Shown piece after piece: positions 35,120 through 44,906 of a stretch of 64,000 nucleotides of DNA (position 1 is its first letter; every line of letters starts with the position of its first letter). The position numbers and the translations under genes were made by a program. The stretch comes from an uncultured Chloroflexia bacterium (GTDB lineage: Bacteria > Chloroflexota > Limnocylindria > Limnocylindrales > CSP1-4): assembly GCA_963831715.1 (NCBI GenBank), contig CAWHRB010000002.1, positions 139,655 through 203,654 on the forward strand, read 5' to 3'. Below the pieces are notes generated by a model. That model saw nothing but the letters and a program-made list of their open reading frames with translations. It ran no database searches and was not told the origin of the DNA.

Positions 35120-36043
35120 TCACTGGGCGAGGACCACCCACTTGCCCTCCCAGGGGACGCTCCGCTGCCACTCGTGGTAGCGCGTGAAGACCTCCCGGAA
35201 CTGGGCGACGGTCAGGTATTTCCACGGCCAGCGGTCGCGGCTCGTGCCGAGGGGGCCGCTGACGTACAGGCCCAGCAGCGTCTTCTTGGACGGCTCGCTC
35301 CGGTCGTAGGTCTGCTTGTAACCGAGGACCACCCAGGCGTGCGTGCCGGAATACACGGTCACGCCGACCGGGTGGCGCGTCTTGGCGATAGACGCCGCGA
35401 TCGAAGCGATCGCCTTGTCCTTGTTCGTATAGGCCCGCGGGTAGTACGGCCGGCCGTTCGTGAAGTAGCGCAGTGACCAGCCCCAACCCTGGGGATCGTT
35501 GCCGCGCGTCGCGTAGCGGTACTTGTTGTGCTGGCGGGTCAGCTTGTAGATGTAGCCCTGGCGTGAGTACGATTTGTTGCTGGTCCCGAGCACGAGATTG
35601 GCCATCGTCTGCACGGTGGCCGGGACGCACCAGTAGCCGGTGTACTGGCGGACCATCGCCGAGTAGCGGTAGAGGTTGCGGCTCTGGAGGACCGTGCCGG
35701 AGGTCGGCGCCGGCGTCGCGGTCGGCGACGGGCTGTCGTCATCGTCGTCGTCCGGTGTCGGCGGCTGGGTCGGCGGATGGGTCGGCGGCTGGTAGGCGAC
35801 CTGTTTCGTCGGCTCGGGCGCTGACGTGGGTGCCGGTGGCGGCGATGCTGTCGGGGCCGCTGTCGGGGTCGGGCTCGGCGACGTCGTCGGCTCGGTCACG
35901 GGCTCCGGTGTCGACTCGACCGAGGGCGACGGTGTCTCGTCGGCCGCGGCCGACCACGGCATGGCGCCGAGCGCCATCAGGCCGAACGTGGCGGCGAGGA
36001 TCACGCGGGGCAGGCGGCCACGCGCCGCTGGTCGTCGCTCCAT
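35120..36043 (-). CDS. Secreted papain-like (C39-like) cysteine peptidase with a Pro/Thr/Ser linker
   Basis: Signal peptide, low-complexity linker, QYTGYWCVPATVQTM (catalytic Cys with upstream Gln) and GTHAWVVLGY (His). Confidence 0.6.
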   Translation of the reverse strand: MERRPAARGRLPRVILAATFGLMALGAMPWSAAADETPSPSVESTPEPVTEPTTSPSPTPTAAPTASPPPAPTSAPEPTKQVAYQPPTHPPTQPPTPDDDDDDSPSPTATPAPTSGTVLQSRNLYRYSAMVRQYTGYWCVPATVQTMANLVLGTSNKSYSRQGYIYKLTRQHNKYRYATRGNDPQGWGWSLRYFTNGRPYYPRAYTNKDKAIASIAASIAKTRHPVGVTVYSGTHAWVVLGYKQTYDRSEPSKKTLLGLYVSGPLGTSRDRWPWKYLTVAQFREVFTRYHEWQRSVPWEGKWVVLAQ

Positions 36044-36130
36044 GAACACAGCCTACCGCCCCGAGGCCAGCCCTTGCGCCCTCCCCGATGGTCCCAGCCC
36101 GTTGCGAGTCGGCACCGGACCGTCCGTATC

Positions 36131-36685
36131 TCAGTAGCTTGGCGGTGTGATGCAGAACAGCACGATCGCGCGGTCGGACCCGTGATTGACGTTCCAGTGC
36201 GGGACGCGGGATGGATACGTGATCGCATCTCCTTCCCGCAGGACGTAATGCTCGTCAGCGACCCACAGGTCGAGGACGCCCTCGAGGATGACCACCACCT
36301 CCTCATCGGAGTCGTGCGTGTAGGGGTCGGCACCCGTGCCCCCGCCTGGCTCGATCGTGGAGAGGATCACCTGGAGGCGTCCGGCGGCATTCGACGTGAG
36401 GAACTCGTCGACCGCCTTGAGACCCGGGTACGCGACCCGGCGGCGCGCCTCCCTGCGGACGACCCGGCCTGTGTCCGCGTCCTCGGCGAACAGCTGGGCG
36501 ATGGACAGGTCGAGCGCGCGGGCGATCCGGTGGACGGTGGCGATCGACGGGCTCGTCACGTCCCGCTCGACCTGCGAGAGGAAGCTCTCGGTGACCCCGG
36601 CGCGCTCGGCAACGTCGCGCAACGTCAGGCGACGGGCCTGACGCAGCGACCGGATGCGCGCCCCCAGCTGCAGCTCCGTGACCAC
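36131..36685 (-). CDS. XRE-family HTH / cupin transcriptional regulator (PuuR-like)
   Basis: LGARIRSLRQARRLTLRDVAERAGVTESFLSQVERDVTSPS plus a cupin domain (HDSDEE...LREGDAITY). Divergent from the polyamine ABC genes. Confidence 0.88.
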   Translation of the reverse strand: MVTELQLGARIRSLRQARRLTLRDVAERAGVTESFLSQVERDVTSPSIATVHRIARALDLSIAQLFAEDADTGRVVRREARRRVAYPGLKAVDEFLTSNAAGRLQVILSTIEPGGGTGADPYTHDSDEEVVVILEGVLDLWVADEHYVLREGDAITYPSRVPHWNVNHGSDRAIVLFCITPPSY

Positions 36686-36730
36686 GGTCCGGGCGTCCTC
36701 CGCCGCACGGGCGACCTGCGGTTTGGCTGA

Positions 36731-36760
36731 AGTATAGGTTCAGGATGCCACGAGGATGCC
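36731..36760 (-). promoter_or_regulatory. Regulator promoter -10 (TATACT) overlapped by a direct-repeat operator candidate
   Basis: AGTATA at 36731-36736; AGGATGCC at 36742-36749 and 36753-36760. Confidence 0.5.
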
Positions 36761-36804
36761 TGTTGGCAAGCGGCGGAGGCTGCGAGATTCGCACGTCCTG
36801 CGCG

Positions 36805-36833
36805 TTGACGGTTGACGGCAGCGCCCCTAGGAT
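36805..36833 (+). promoter_or_regulatory. Sigma-70-type promoter of the polyamine ABC operon
   Basis: TTGACG-N17-TAGGAT. Confidence 0.65.
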
Positions 36834-36863
36834 GCGGAGGCCTGTACCCCAGCTACAGACCCG

Positions 36864-38087
36864 ATGCTCGATGTCCGCACCATCGCGCGAGGACCGCCGT
36901 TGACCGCTTCCCCGACGATCGACGCCCGGCCTGACCATCCGTCGACGGCTGCCCCCCAGCGAGCCGGCGCACCGGATGTGCAGATCCAGCGCGTCACCAA
37001 GCGTTTCGGTTCGGTCACGGCCGTCGACCGCATGGACCTGTCGATCGAGCATGGCGAGTTCTACTCGCTGCTCGGGCCGTCGGGTTGCGGCAAGACCACG
37101 ACCCTGCGCATGATCGCCGGCTTCGAGCAGCCGACCGAAGGCGAGATCCTCCTCGCCGGCAAGCCGATCGCCGGGGTACCGCCGTACCAGCGCAACGTCA
37201 ACACGGTCTTCCAGCACTACGCGCTGTTCCCCCACATGGACGTCGGACAGAACGTCGGGTACGGCCTCCGGCAGCGCAAGGTGGACAAGAAGGAGGAGGA
37301 GCGTCGCGTCATCGAGGCCCTCGGGCTGGTGCGCCTGTCCGGCTACGAAAAGCGCCGGACCTGGGAGATGTCCGGCGGCCAGCAGCAGCGCGTCGCCCTG
37401 GCCCGCGCACTGGTCAACCGACCGACGGTCCTGCTCCTCGACGAGCCACTCGGCGCGCTCGACCTCAAGCTCCGCAAGGAGATGCAGCTCGAGCTGAAGG
37501 CGCTCCAGCGCGAGGTCGGGATCACGTTCGTGTACGTGACGCACGACCAGGAAGAGGCGCTGACGATGAGCGATGTCATCGTCGTCATGCGTGATGGCCT
37601 GGTCCAGCAGAAGGGCGATCCGACCACCCTGTACGAGCGGCCGGTCAACCGCTTCGTCGCCGACTTCATCGGGACGTCGAACTTCATGGAGGCCACGGTC
37701 GTGGAGGATCTCGGCGAAGGCCGGGTGACCGTGCGCAGTGGCGGCGGCGTGACGCTCCGCGGCGGCCTGACCGACCCGAGTCACACGGCGAGCGTCGGCG
37801 ATGCCGTCGTCGTGGCGACGCGCCCCGAGCGCCTCGAAGTCGTGCCGGCCGACGCCGCCGATGCCATGCGTCCTGCGGGTGACGGCATCACGCAGATCCG
37901 GGGCAGGGTCCAGCAGGGGACCTACCTCGGTGACCAGACGGAATACCGCGTCGACACGGAGGAGGCGGGCGAGCTGATCGTCCGCCATCAGAATGCTGCG
38001 GGCGCCGGGGGCGCCCCAGGGGTCGGTCCGGGTGACCCGGTGGTCGTCCGGTGGCAAGAGGAGGCGAACCTCATCCTCGCTGGATGA
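36864..38087 (+). CDS. potA: Spermidine/putrescine ABC transporter ATP-binding protein
   Basis: GPSGCGKTT, YQRNVNTVFQHYALFPHM, MSGGQQQRVALARAL, LLLDEPLGALDLKLRKEMQ. Confidence 0.9.
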   Translation: MLDVRTIARGPPLTASPTIDARPDHPSTAAPQRAGAPDVQIQRVTKRFGSVTAVDRMDLSIEHGEFYSLLGPSGCGKTTTLRMIAGFEQPTEGEILLAGKPIAGVPPYQRNVNTVFQHYALFPHMDVGQNVGYGLRQRKVDKKEEERRVIEALGLVRLSGYEKRRTWEMSGGQQQRVALARALVNRPTVLLLDEPLGALDLKLRKEMQLELKALQREVGITFVYVTHDQEEALTMSDVIVVMRDGLVQQKGDPTTLYERPVNRFVADFIGTSNFMEATVVEDLGEGRVTVRSGGGVTLRGGLTDPSHTASVGDAVVVATRPERLEVVPADAADAMRPAGDGITQIRGRVQQGTYLGDQTEYRVDTEEAGELIVRHQNAAGAGGAPGVGPGDPVVVRWQEEANLILAG

Positions 38088-38128
38088 GGCGGCCAGGGCC
38101 CGGGTCGACCGGGAGGAGGAGATCGATC

Positions 38129-39367
38129 GTGGCAGACCAGGAGATCGAACGGGTCATTCGGCACATGCAGCGCCTCGAACGCGTGCCGCTCAGTCGCCGA
38201 GGCTTCATGTGGGCGGGCGCCATGTCGGCGAGCGCGGCGTTCCTGGCGGCGTGCGGTGGCGGGACGACGGCCTCGTCTGCCCCGTCCGCCGCACCGAGCG
38301 CGGCACCGCCGGCGAGCGGCGCGTCGGGCGAACCCTCGCCAGCGGCGGCCGCGTCCTTCGCGACCGAGGGCGCGCTGTTCATGTACAACTGGGCCGAATA
38401 CATCGACCTCGAGAACATCGAGGAGTACAAGGCGCGCTACAACATCAGCGACTTCACGTACGACATCTACGACTCGAACGAGGCGCTGCTGACGAAGCTC
38501 GATGGCGGAGCCACCGGGCTGTACGACATCGCGTCGCCGACGGCCGAATTCGTCAAGGTGATGGCGGACAAGGGCTACATCGTCGAGCTGCCCTTCGACC
38601 GTCTCCCGAATGCGGCGTTGGTCAGCCCGGATTTCCAGAACTTCTACGATCCGAACGGGCCCGACGCGAAGTACAACAGCTATCACATCCCGAAGGACTG
38701 GGGCACGACCGGCATCGCCCTACGCAAGAAGGTCGTGACCGAAGACATCAAGACCTGGAAGCAGTTCTTCGAGGTGGCCCCGAAGTACTCCGGCCGGATC
38801 GTGATGGTGGAGAGCGCCGGCGACGTGTTCACCGCGCCGCTCAAGGCACTCGGTTTCTCGCTCAACTCGACCGATCCGGCCGAGCTCGGCGAGGCGCGCA
38901 AGCTCCTGCAGGGCCTCGCCCCGCACGTCCTTGCCCTCGATTCGAACGATTACGGCGACAAACTCGCCACAGAGGAAGCCGTCATGGGTCTGGTCTGGAC
39001 GGGCGGCGTCGTCAGCCTCCGCGATGAGCCCGAGACCGCCGATATCGAGTACATCATCCCCGAGGATGGGACGCTGTTCTGGCTGGATACGTGGGTGCAG
39101 CTCGCTAACGCTCCGCATCCGGAAGCCGGCCTCGCCTGGCTGAATTTCATCCATGAGCCGGCGATCCAGGCCAAGGAGACGGAGACGAACCGCTATGCGA
39201 CGGCCAACGACGAGGCGAAGGCCCTGGTCGCACCCGAGATCCTCAACGACCCGACCGTGTTCGTGCCGCAAGCGCTCGTGAGCAGCCTGGAGGGCGCGCA
39301 GGACGTCTCGACGGACCCGCTCCGCGTCGAGATCTGGGAGGAATTCAGCTCGACCATCGGCGGCTGA
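38129..39367 (+). CDS. potD: Polyamine ABC substrate-binding Tat lipoprotein (PotD/PotF-like)
   Basis: SRRGF Tat motif plus LAAC lipobox, YNWAEYID, YDSNE, WGTTGIA, PEDGTLFWLD. GGAGGAGG SD before the GTG. Confidence 0.85.
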   Translation: MADQEIERVIRHMQRLERVPLSRRGFMWAGAMSASAAFLAACGGGTTASSAPSAAPSAAPPASGASGEPSPAAAASFATEGALFMYNWAEYIDLENIEEYKARYNISDFTYDIYDSNEALLTKLDGGATGLYDIASPTAEFVKVMADKGYIVELPFDRLPNAALVSPDFQNFYDPNGPDAKYNSYHIPKDWGTTGIALRKKVVTEDIKTWKQFFEVAPKYSGRIVMVESAGDVFTAPLKALGFSLNSTDPAELGEARKLLQGLAPHVLALDSNDYGDKLATEEAVMGLVWTGGVVSLRDEPETADIEYIIPEDGTLFWLDTWVQLANAPHPEAGLAWLNFIHEPAIQAKETETNRYATANDEAKALVAPEILNDPTVFVPQALVSSLEGAQDVSTDPLRVEIWEEFSSTIGG

Positions 39368-39386
39368 TCACGACGGTCCCGACGCG

Positions 39387-40292
39387 ATGACCACCGCGGC
39401 GTCTGCTGCACCGCTGCCGGCACGCGAGCCAGCCCCTGTGAGAGAGGGCGGCCGTCTCCTGACGGCCGTCCTCATGCTGCCGGCGTCGCTGTGGTACCTG
39501 ATCCTGCTGGTCCTCCCGATCGCGATCGTCATCCTGTTCAGCTTCGGAGACCGCAGCCCCACCGGCGGATACGCCGGCGGCTTCACCCTCCAGAACTACG
39601 CGACGATCATCCGGAGCCCGGACCCGTTCATCACCAGCATCATGCTGGCGGTCATCGGCACCGCCCTCGCCCTCGCAGTGGGTCTGCCACTCGCCTACTA
39701 CATCGCGACGCGCGGCGGGGATCGGAAGGCACTATTCATCATCCTGCTCGTCATCCCCTTCTGGACGAGCTTCCTGATCCGGACGTACGCCTGGATCGTG
39801 ATCCTTGGTCCGGACGGGATCGCCGGGTTCATCGCGGACGCGACCGGCAACCGGACATTCCGTATCCTCGGCACCGAGGCGGGTGTGCTCATCGGCCTCG
39901 TCTATGGCTACCTGCCGCTCATGGTGTTCCCGCTCTACGTCACGCTCGAACGCATCGACCGCTCGCTGATCGAGGCGTCCAAGGATCTCGGCGCCGGACG
40001 CTTCGCGTCCTTCCGTCAGATCACCCTGCCCATGGCGCTGCCCGGGCTGATCACCGGCAGCATCCTCGTGTTCATCCCGATGATGGGCGAGTACGTGATC
40101 CCGGAGATCCTCGGCTACGGGCGCGTCTTCACGATCGGGAACTCGCTGGTCCTGCGCTTCTTCGACGCCCGCAATTGGCCGGCCGGCTCCGCCCAGGCGG
40201 TCGGGCTGATCCTCGTCATGTTCATCAGCGTCACGTTCTACGTGTGGTTCACGAACCGCGGTCGACACGGTCGTGACGTGAGCGTCCTGTGA
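39387..40292 (+). CDS. potB: Polyamine ABC permease (PotB-like)
   Basis: VIPFWTSFLIRTYAW, LIEASKDLGA (EAA loop). Confidence 0.88.
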   Translation: MTTAASAAPLPAREPAPVREGGRLLTAVLMLPASLWYLILLVLPIAIVILFSFGDRSPTGGYAGGFTLQNYATIIRSPDPFITSIMLAVIGTALALAVGLPLAYYIATRGGDRKALFIILLVIPFWTSFLIRTYAWIVILGPDGIAGFIADATGNRTFRILGTEAGVLIGLVYGYLPLMVFPLYVTLERIDRSLIEASKDLGAGRFASFRQITLPMALPGLITGSILVFIPMMGEYVIPEILGYGRVFTIGNSLVLRFFDARNWPAGSAQAVGLILVMFISVTFYVWFTNRGRHGRDVSVL

Positions 40293-41239
40293 CGGCCCCG
40301 TCGGTCTCGATCCCTGCCCCGCGCACGCTCGGTGGGCGGGCACGCGCCGGCACCGACCGGTTCGGTGGCCTCGTCGAGGCCTGGCTGCGCGGCCACACCG
40401 CGCTCGTCTACCTGTTCCTGTACGTCCCGATCGTCATCGTCGTCATCTTCAGCTTCAATGCGACCGAGCGGCGGCTGACCGACTGGGACGGGTTCAGCCT
40501 GCGCTGGTACGAGTACGTGCTCAACAACCGGGAGGTCCAGCGCTACCTCGGGAACAGCCTCATCGTCGGCTTCGGGACCGCCGTGGTCGCGACGATCGTC
40601 GGCACGATGGCGGCGCTGGGCTTGCAGCGAACGCCCAAATGGTTCCGCTTGCCGTTCGACGCCCTGACCTACGTGAGCGTCATCGTCCCCGAGCTCGTCA
40701 TCGCCGTGGCCACGCTCGTCTTCTTCGCAAGCACCATCGGCCGTGACGGCATCCTGACCAATGCGACCGGCGTCGAGATCGGCTTCGGCTTCCACACGAT
40801 GATCGGTGCGCTGTCCCTGTTCAACATCAGCCTCGTCCTGTTGCTGGTGCGAGCCCGGTTGTCGGGCATGGACCGGACGCACGTCGAGGCGAGCTACGAC
40901 CTGTACGGGACACCGTGGCGCACCTTCTGGCAGATCACCTTCCCGCAACTGCTGCCGGCGATCGTGGCCGGGTTCCTGCTGTCGTTCACGTTCGCGTTCG
41001 ACGACTACCTGATCTCCACGTTCGTCAACGGACGCGGCACCTCGACGCTGCCGCTCTACGTCTTCGGCCAGATCCGGGTAGGCGTCACGCCATCGACCAA
41101 CGCGATCGCCGCCGTGATGCTGCTCATCACGCTCGGCGTGCTCCTGATCGGCCAGTTCTTCCTGTCGCGTAACGCCCGTCGCGCGGGCGGGCGCGGGGGC
41201 GTGGCCGCGATCGTCGCTGAGAACGCCGGCGGCGGTTGA
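40289..41239 (+). CDS. potC: Polyamine ABC permease (PotC-like)
   Basis: FLYVPIVIVVIFSFN, VEASYDLYG, FTFAFDDY, STLPLYVF. Confidence 0.88.
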   Translation: MTAPSVSIPAPRTLGGRARAGTDRFGGLVEAWLRGHTALVYLFLYVPIVIVVIFSFNATERRLTDWDGFSLRWYEYVLNNREVQRYLGNSLIVGFGTAVVATIVGTMAALGLQRTPKWFRLPFDALTYVSVIVPELVIAVATLVFFASTIGRDGILTNATGVEIGFGFHTMIGALSLFNISLVLLLVRARLSGMDRTHVEASYDLYGTPWRTFWQITFPQLLPAIVAGFLLSFTFAFDDYLISTFVNGRGTSTLPLYVFGQIRVGVTPSTNAIAAVMLLITLGVLLIGQFFLSRNARRAGGRGGVAAIVAENAGGG

Positions 41240-41267
41240 GGCCGGTCCACGACGGCCGGCGCCGGCC

Positions 41268-41999
41268 CTAGTCGAGCAGGGTCAGGGCGAAGGCCACGCC
41301 GAAGCCCAGCGTCGTCAGCAGTCCGGCCGCGCTGCCGGCGTGCTCGTAGGCCTCGGGGATGAGGGTGTCGGCGAGCATCGTGAGGATCGCTCCTCCCGCG
41401 AACCCGAGGATGAACGCGCGGAGCTCACCCTGCCCACCGCCGAGCAGCGCCGACCCGACGAATGCCGCCGCGGCGGAGGCGGCCACCACGATCAGCCACA
41501 GCCGGATGATCCGGCCCGGTTTCCAGCCGCCCGCCAGCAGCCCGGCCGTACCCGCGATGCCCTCGGGTAGGTTCGACAGGCAGACGGCGACGAGGAACGC
41601 CAGCCCACCTCCGCCGGCGCCGATCGTGAGCCCGAGCACCAGCGATTCGGGGATCCCGTCGAGCGCCGCGCCGAGGACGATCGCCAACCCTGACTCGGGC
41701 GATGCGGGGCCGTGCAAGCTGCCCATGCCCTCGGCGCCCATCCGATCGATCAGCTCGTTGCCGACGAAGAACGTCGCAGCGCCCAGACCGAGCCCCACGG
41801 CCATCGGCAGCTGGCCACCGATGGCCACGGCCTCCTCCACCAGCTCGTAGGCCACCGAGCTGAAGAGGACGCCCGCGCCGAACGCCATGATCAGACCCAG
41901 CGTGCGGGGCGAGACCGGTCGGACAAGGGCGACCACTGCCCCGACGACGAGCGAGGAGGCGGCGACGGCGCCCCAGCCGGCCGCGAGCAGGGCGTCCAC
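41268..41999 (-). CDS. ZIP family metal transporter
   Basis: IMAFGAGVL, ALDGIPESLVLG, SNLPEG, LADTLIPEAY. Confidence 0.82.
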   Translation of the reverse strand: MDALLAAGWGAVAASSLVVGAVVALVRPVSPRTLGLIMAFGAGVLFSSVAYELVEEAVAIGGQLPMAVGLGLGAATFFVGNELIDRMGAEGMGSLHGPASPESGLAIVLGAALDGIPESLVLGLTIGAGGGGLAFLVAVCLSNLPEGIAGTAGLLAGGWKPGRIIRLWLIVVAASAAAAFVGSALLGGGQGELRAFILGFAGGAILTMLADTLIPEAYEHAGSAAGLLTTLGFGVAFALTLLD

Positions 42000-43229
42000 T
42001 CAGCCCGCGGGGATCGCCTCCGGCTCCGGCACTGGCAGTCCGGCGTCGTCCGCGAGCAGGGCGGCCTTCTCGGTGCGCTCCCAGGGAAGATCGAGGTCCG
42101 GCCGGCCGAAGTGGCCGTAGGCGGCGGTCTGCCGGTACAGCGGCCGGCGCAGGTCCAGCGCCGCGATGATCGACGCCGGGCGCAGGTCGAAATGTCGCTC
42201 GACCAGTGCCTGGATGGCGGCGTCGTCGATGCGGCCGGTCCCGAACGAGTCGACGCTGAAGCTGATCGGCCGGGCGATGCCGATGCCATACGCGACCTCG
42301 ACCTCGAAGCGATCCGCGAGGCCCGCCGCGACGACATTCTTGGCCACCCAGCGGGCCGCATACGCGGCGGACCGGTCGACCTTGGTCGGATCCTTGCCCG
42401 AGAACGCGCCACCGCCGTGGCGCGCCATCCCGCCGTACGTATCGACGATGATCTTGCGACCCGTGAGGCCGGCATCCCCCATCGGACCCCCGGTGACGAA
42501 GCGGCCGGTCGGGTTGACGTGCATGACCGGGTCCACGTCGCGCAGCTCGCGCGGGATCGACGGGAGGATCACCGACTCGACCACGTCCGAGCGAAGGCGC
42601 TCAGGCCTGGCGTCGGGATCGTGCTGCGCCGATACGACCACGGTCCTGACCCGTACCGGGACGCCGTGTGCATACTCGACCGTGACCTGGGTCTTGCCGT
42701 CGGGCCGCAGGTAGGGCAGTTGACCAGTCCGTCGCACCTCCGACAGCCGGCGCGCCATCCGGTGCGCCAGCGCGATCGGCAGCGGCATCAGCTCGGGCGT
42801 CTCGCGGCAGGCGAACCCGAACATCATCCCCTGGTCGCCGGCGCCGAGCTCGAATGCCGACGCGGCATCGTCGCGGACCTCCAACGCGGCATCGACACCC
42901 TGGGCGATGTCCGGCGACTGGCCCTTGACCGAGACGAGCGTGCCACAGGTCTGGTAGTCGAAGCCGTAGTCGGCCCGCGTGTAGCCGATGTCGCGGACCG
43001 TCTCACGGACGATGCCCTGGAAGTCGACGTAGGTATGCGTCGAGATCTCACCGAGCACGAGGACGAGGCCGGTCGTCGTCGCTGTCTCGCACGCGACGCG
43101 GGCCTCCGGATCCTCGCGGATGATGGCGTCCAGGATGGCGTCCGAGATCTGGTCGCACATCTTGTCGGGGTGACCCTCGGTCACGGATTCCGAGGTGAAC
43201 AGGTACTGCGCGGCGTCGACGATGCTCAT
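42000..43229 (-). CDS. metK: S-adenosylmethionine synthetase
   Basis: [53 protein letters not shown] 43229 lies 8 nt after TGcTACCCT (alternative GTG at 43265). Confidence 0.96.
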   Translation of the reverse strand: MSIVDAAQYLFTSESVTEGHPDKMCDQISDAILDAIIREDPEARVACETATTTGLVLVLGEISTHTYVDFQGIVRETVRDIGYTRADYGFDYQTCGTLVSVKGQSPDIAQGVDAALEVRDDAASAFELGAGDQGMMFGFACRETPELMPLPIALAHRMARRLSEVRRTGQLPYLRPDGKTQVTVEYAHGVPVRVRTVVVSAQHDPDARPERLRSDVVESVILPSIPRELRDVDPVMHVNPTGRFVTGGPMGDAGLTGRKIIVDTYGGMARHGGGAFSGKDPTKVDRSAAYAARWVAKNVVAAGLADRFEVEVAYGIGIARPISFSVDSFGTGRIDDAAIQALVERHFDLRPASIIAALDLRRPLYRQTAAYGHFGRPDLDLPWERTEKAALLADDAGLPVPEPEAIPAG

Positions 43230-43283
43230 CGCGCCGAAGGGTAGCACTCCGCTCGTGGCCGTCACCGCGGCGGGATCGGCGCG

Positions 43284-44870
43284 TCAGGCCCCCGTGCGCA
43301 CCGCCTCTAGGTCCAGCTCCAACTCGATGCGACGGAGCGTCTCGTCGTTGATGACGCCGTCGTCACGAAGCTGGATCACGGCCTCGCGCTGGACGAGCAG
43401 GACCGCGGTCCGGATCGCCCGATGGTCCAGCGCCTCCTGTGCGGCTTCGTCGATCGTGACGTCCTCTCCGGGCGACACGTGGGTCGCCTCATGCTCGAGC
43501 TCGTCGCGGATCTGGTCGATGAGCGGCAAGTGGCCTGGGTACTCGACGCGCAGCTCCTCGAGCCGGGCGAGGGCCGCCTCGACGGCGGTGAGCCGGGCAT
43601 GGGTCTCCTCGTCCTCGAGCCCATCGCCGGACGAGCGCACGCCGAGCGTCCGGATCAGCCACGGCAGCGTCAGGCCCTGGCCGACCAGCGTCGCGACGAT
43701 CACGCAGAACGTGAGATACAGGATCAACGGCCGTTGCGGGAAGTCCGCCGCCAGAGCGAGGGCCGCCGCGAGCGACACGACCCCGCGCATCCCCGCCCAC
43801 GACACGATGAAGACCGCGCGCGGCGACGGATACGGGTCGCGGGCCCGCACCTTGGCGCTGAGGAACCGCGGCAGGTAGCTCGCCGGGAAGACCCACACGA
43901 TCCGAGCGACGATGACGACCAGGCTGACGACCACGCCGTACCAGATCAGGACGCCGGGTGGCGTCGCCGACAGGCCGTCGAGGATGGAGGGCAGCTGTAG
44001 GCCGATGAACAGGAAGACGAACGCGTTGATCGCCCAGATGACGATCTGCCACGCGCCCCTACCCAGCAGCCGCGCATCCGGCGACAGGACGCGCGCCCCC
44101 CGCCGTCCGGTGATGAGGCCGGCCACGACGGTGGCCAGGACGCCCGAGAGCCCGAACCGCTCTGCGGCAAGGTAGGCCGCGGCAGGCGCGATGAGCGTCA
44201 CGACGATCTCGAGTCGTGGATCGCCGGTCCGCTGGAGGAGGCCGGTGACGATCAGCCCGATCACGGCGCCGACCAGCACACCGCCGATCCCGATGACGGC
44301 GAAGTCGAACGTCGAGCCGATCAGCGAGAACGTCATGAGTCCGAGCGCCACGGACGACGCCGCGCGGTACGCGGTCAGCGAGGTGGCGTCGTTGATCAGG
44401 CTCTCGCCCTCGAGGATGGTGACGATCTGACGCGGCACGCCCAGACGCTGGAAGATCGCGGTCGCGGCGACCGCGTCCGGCGGGGCCACGATGGCGCCGA
44501 GCGTCAGGGCGGCCGCGAGCCCCATACCCGGGACCATCGCATCGACCACGAGGCCGACCGCGAACGTCGTGAACAGCACGAGGCCCACCGCCAGGAGGAG
44601 GATGGGCCGCGCGTTGGCATGGAAATCACGGATCGGGGTGAAATAGGCCGCGGCGAACAGGATCGGCGGCAGGAACAGCACGAACACGACGTCCGGTGCG
44701 AGTTCGACGCTGGGGAGATCCGCGACCAGACCCACCACCACGCCCGCTGCCAGGAGCAGGATCGGTTCGATGACACGGATGCGCCGGGCGACGTACGACA
44801 TCACGACGGCCAGGGCGAGCATGGCGAGCACGAGCTCGATCGATTCGAGGGTCTGGTCGGTGGGTGGCAT
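43284..44870 (-). CDS. Na+/H+ antiporter, CPA1 family
   Basis: FLPPILF, APPDAVA, LEGESLINDA, SWAGMRGVVSLA. Confidence 0.9.
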   Translation of the reverse strand: MPPTDQTLESIELVLAMLALAVVMSYVARRIRVIEPILLLAAGVVVGLVADLPSVELAPDVVFVLFLPPILFAAAYFTPIRDFHANARPILLLAVGLVLFTTFAVGLVVDAMVPGMGLAAALTLGAIVAPPDAVAATAIFQRLGVPRQIVTILEGESLINDATSLTAYRAASSVALGLMTFSLIGSTFDFAVIGIGGVLVGAVIGLIVTGLLQRTGDPRLEIVVTLIAPAAAYLAAERFGLSGVLATVVAGLITGRRGARVLSPDARLLGRGAWQIVIWAINAFVFLFIGLQLPSILDGLSATPPGVLIWYGVVVSLVVIVARIVWVFPASYLPRFLSAKVRARDPYPSPRAVFIVSWAGMRGVVSLAAALALAADFPQRPLILYLTFCVIVATLVGQGLTLPWLIRTLGVRSSGDGLEDEETHARLTAVEAALARLEELRVEYPGHLPLIDQIRDELEHEATHVSPGEDVTIDEAAQEALDHRAIRTAVLLVQREAVIQLRDDGVINDETLRRIELELDLEAVRTGA

Positions 44871-44906
44871 GGTCAGGTCGTGTCGGGAGCGCCGAGGATC
44901 AGGCCG

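Noticed and set aside
43230-43283. SAM riboswitch before metK
   Set aside because: Only 54 nt separate metK from the upstream gene, there is no SAM-I/II/IV core, and an extended -10 sits right before the start.
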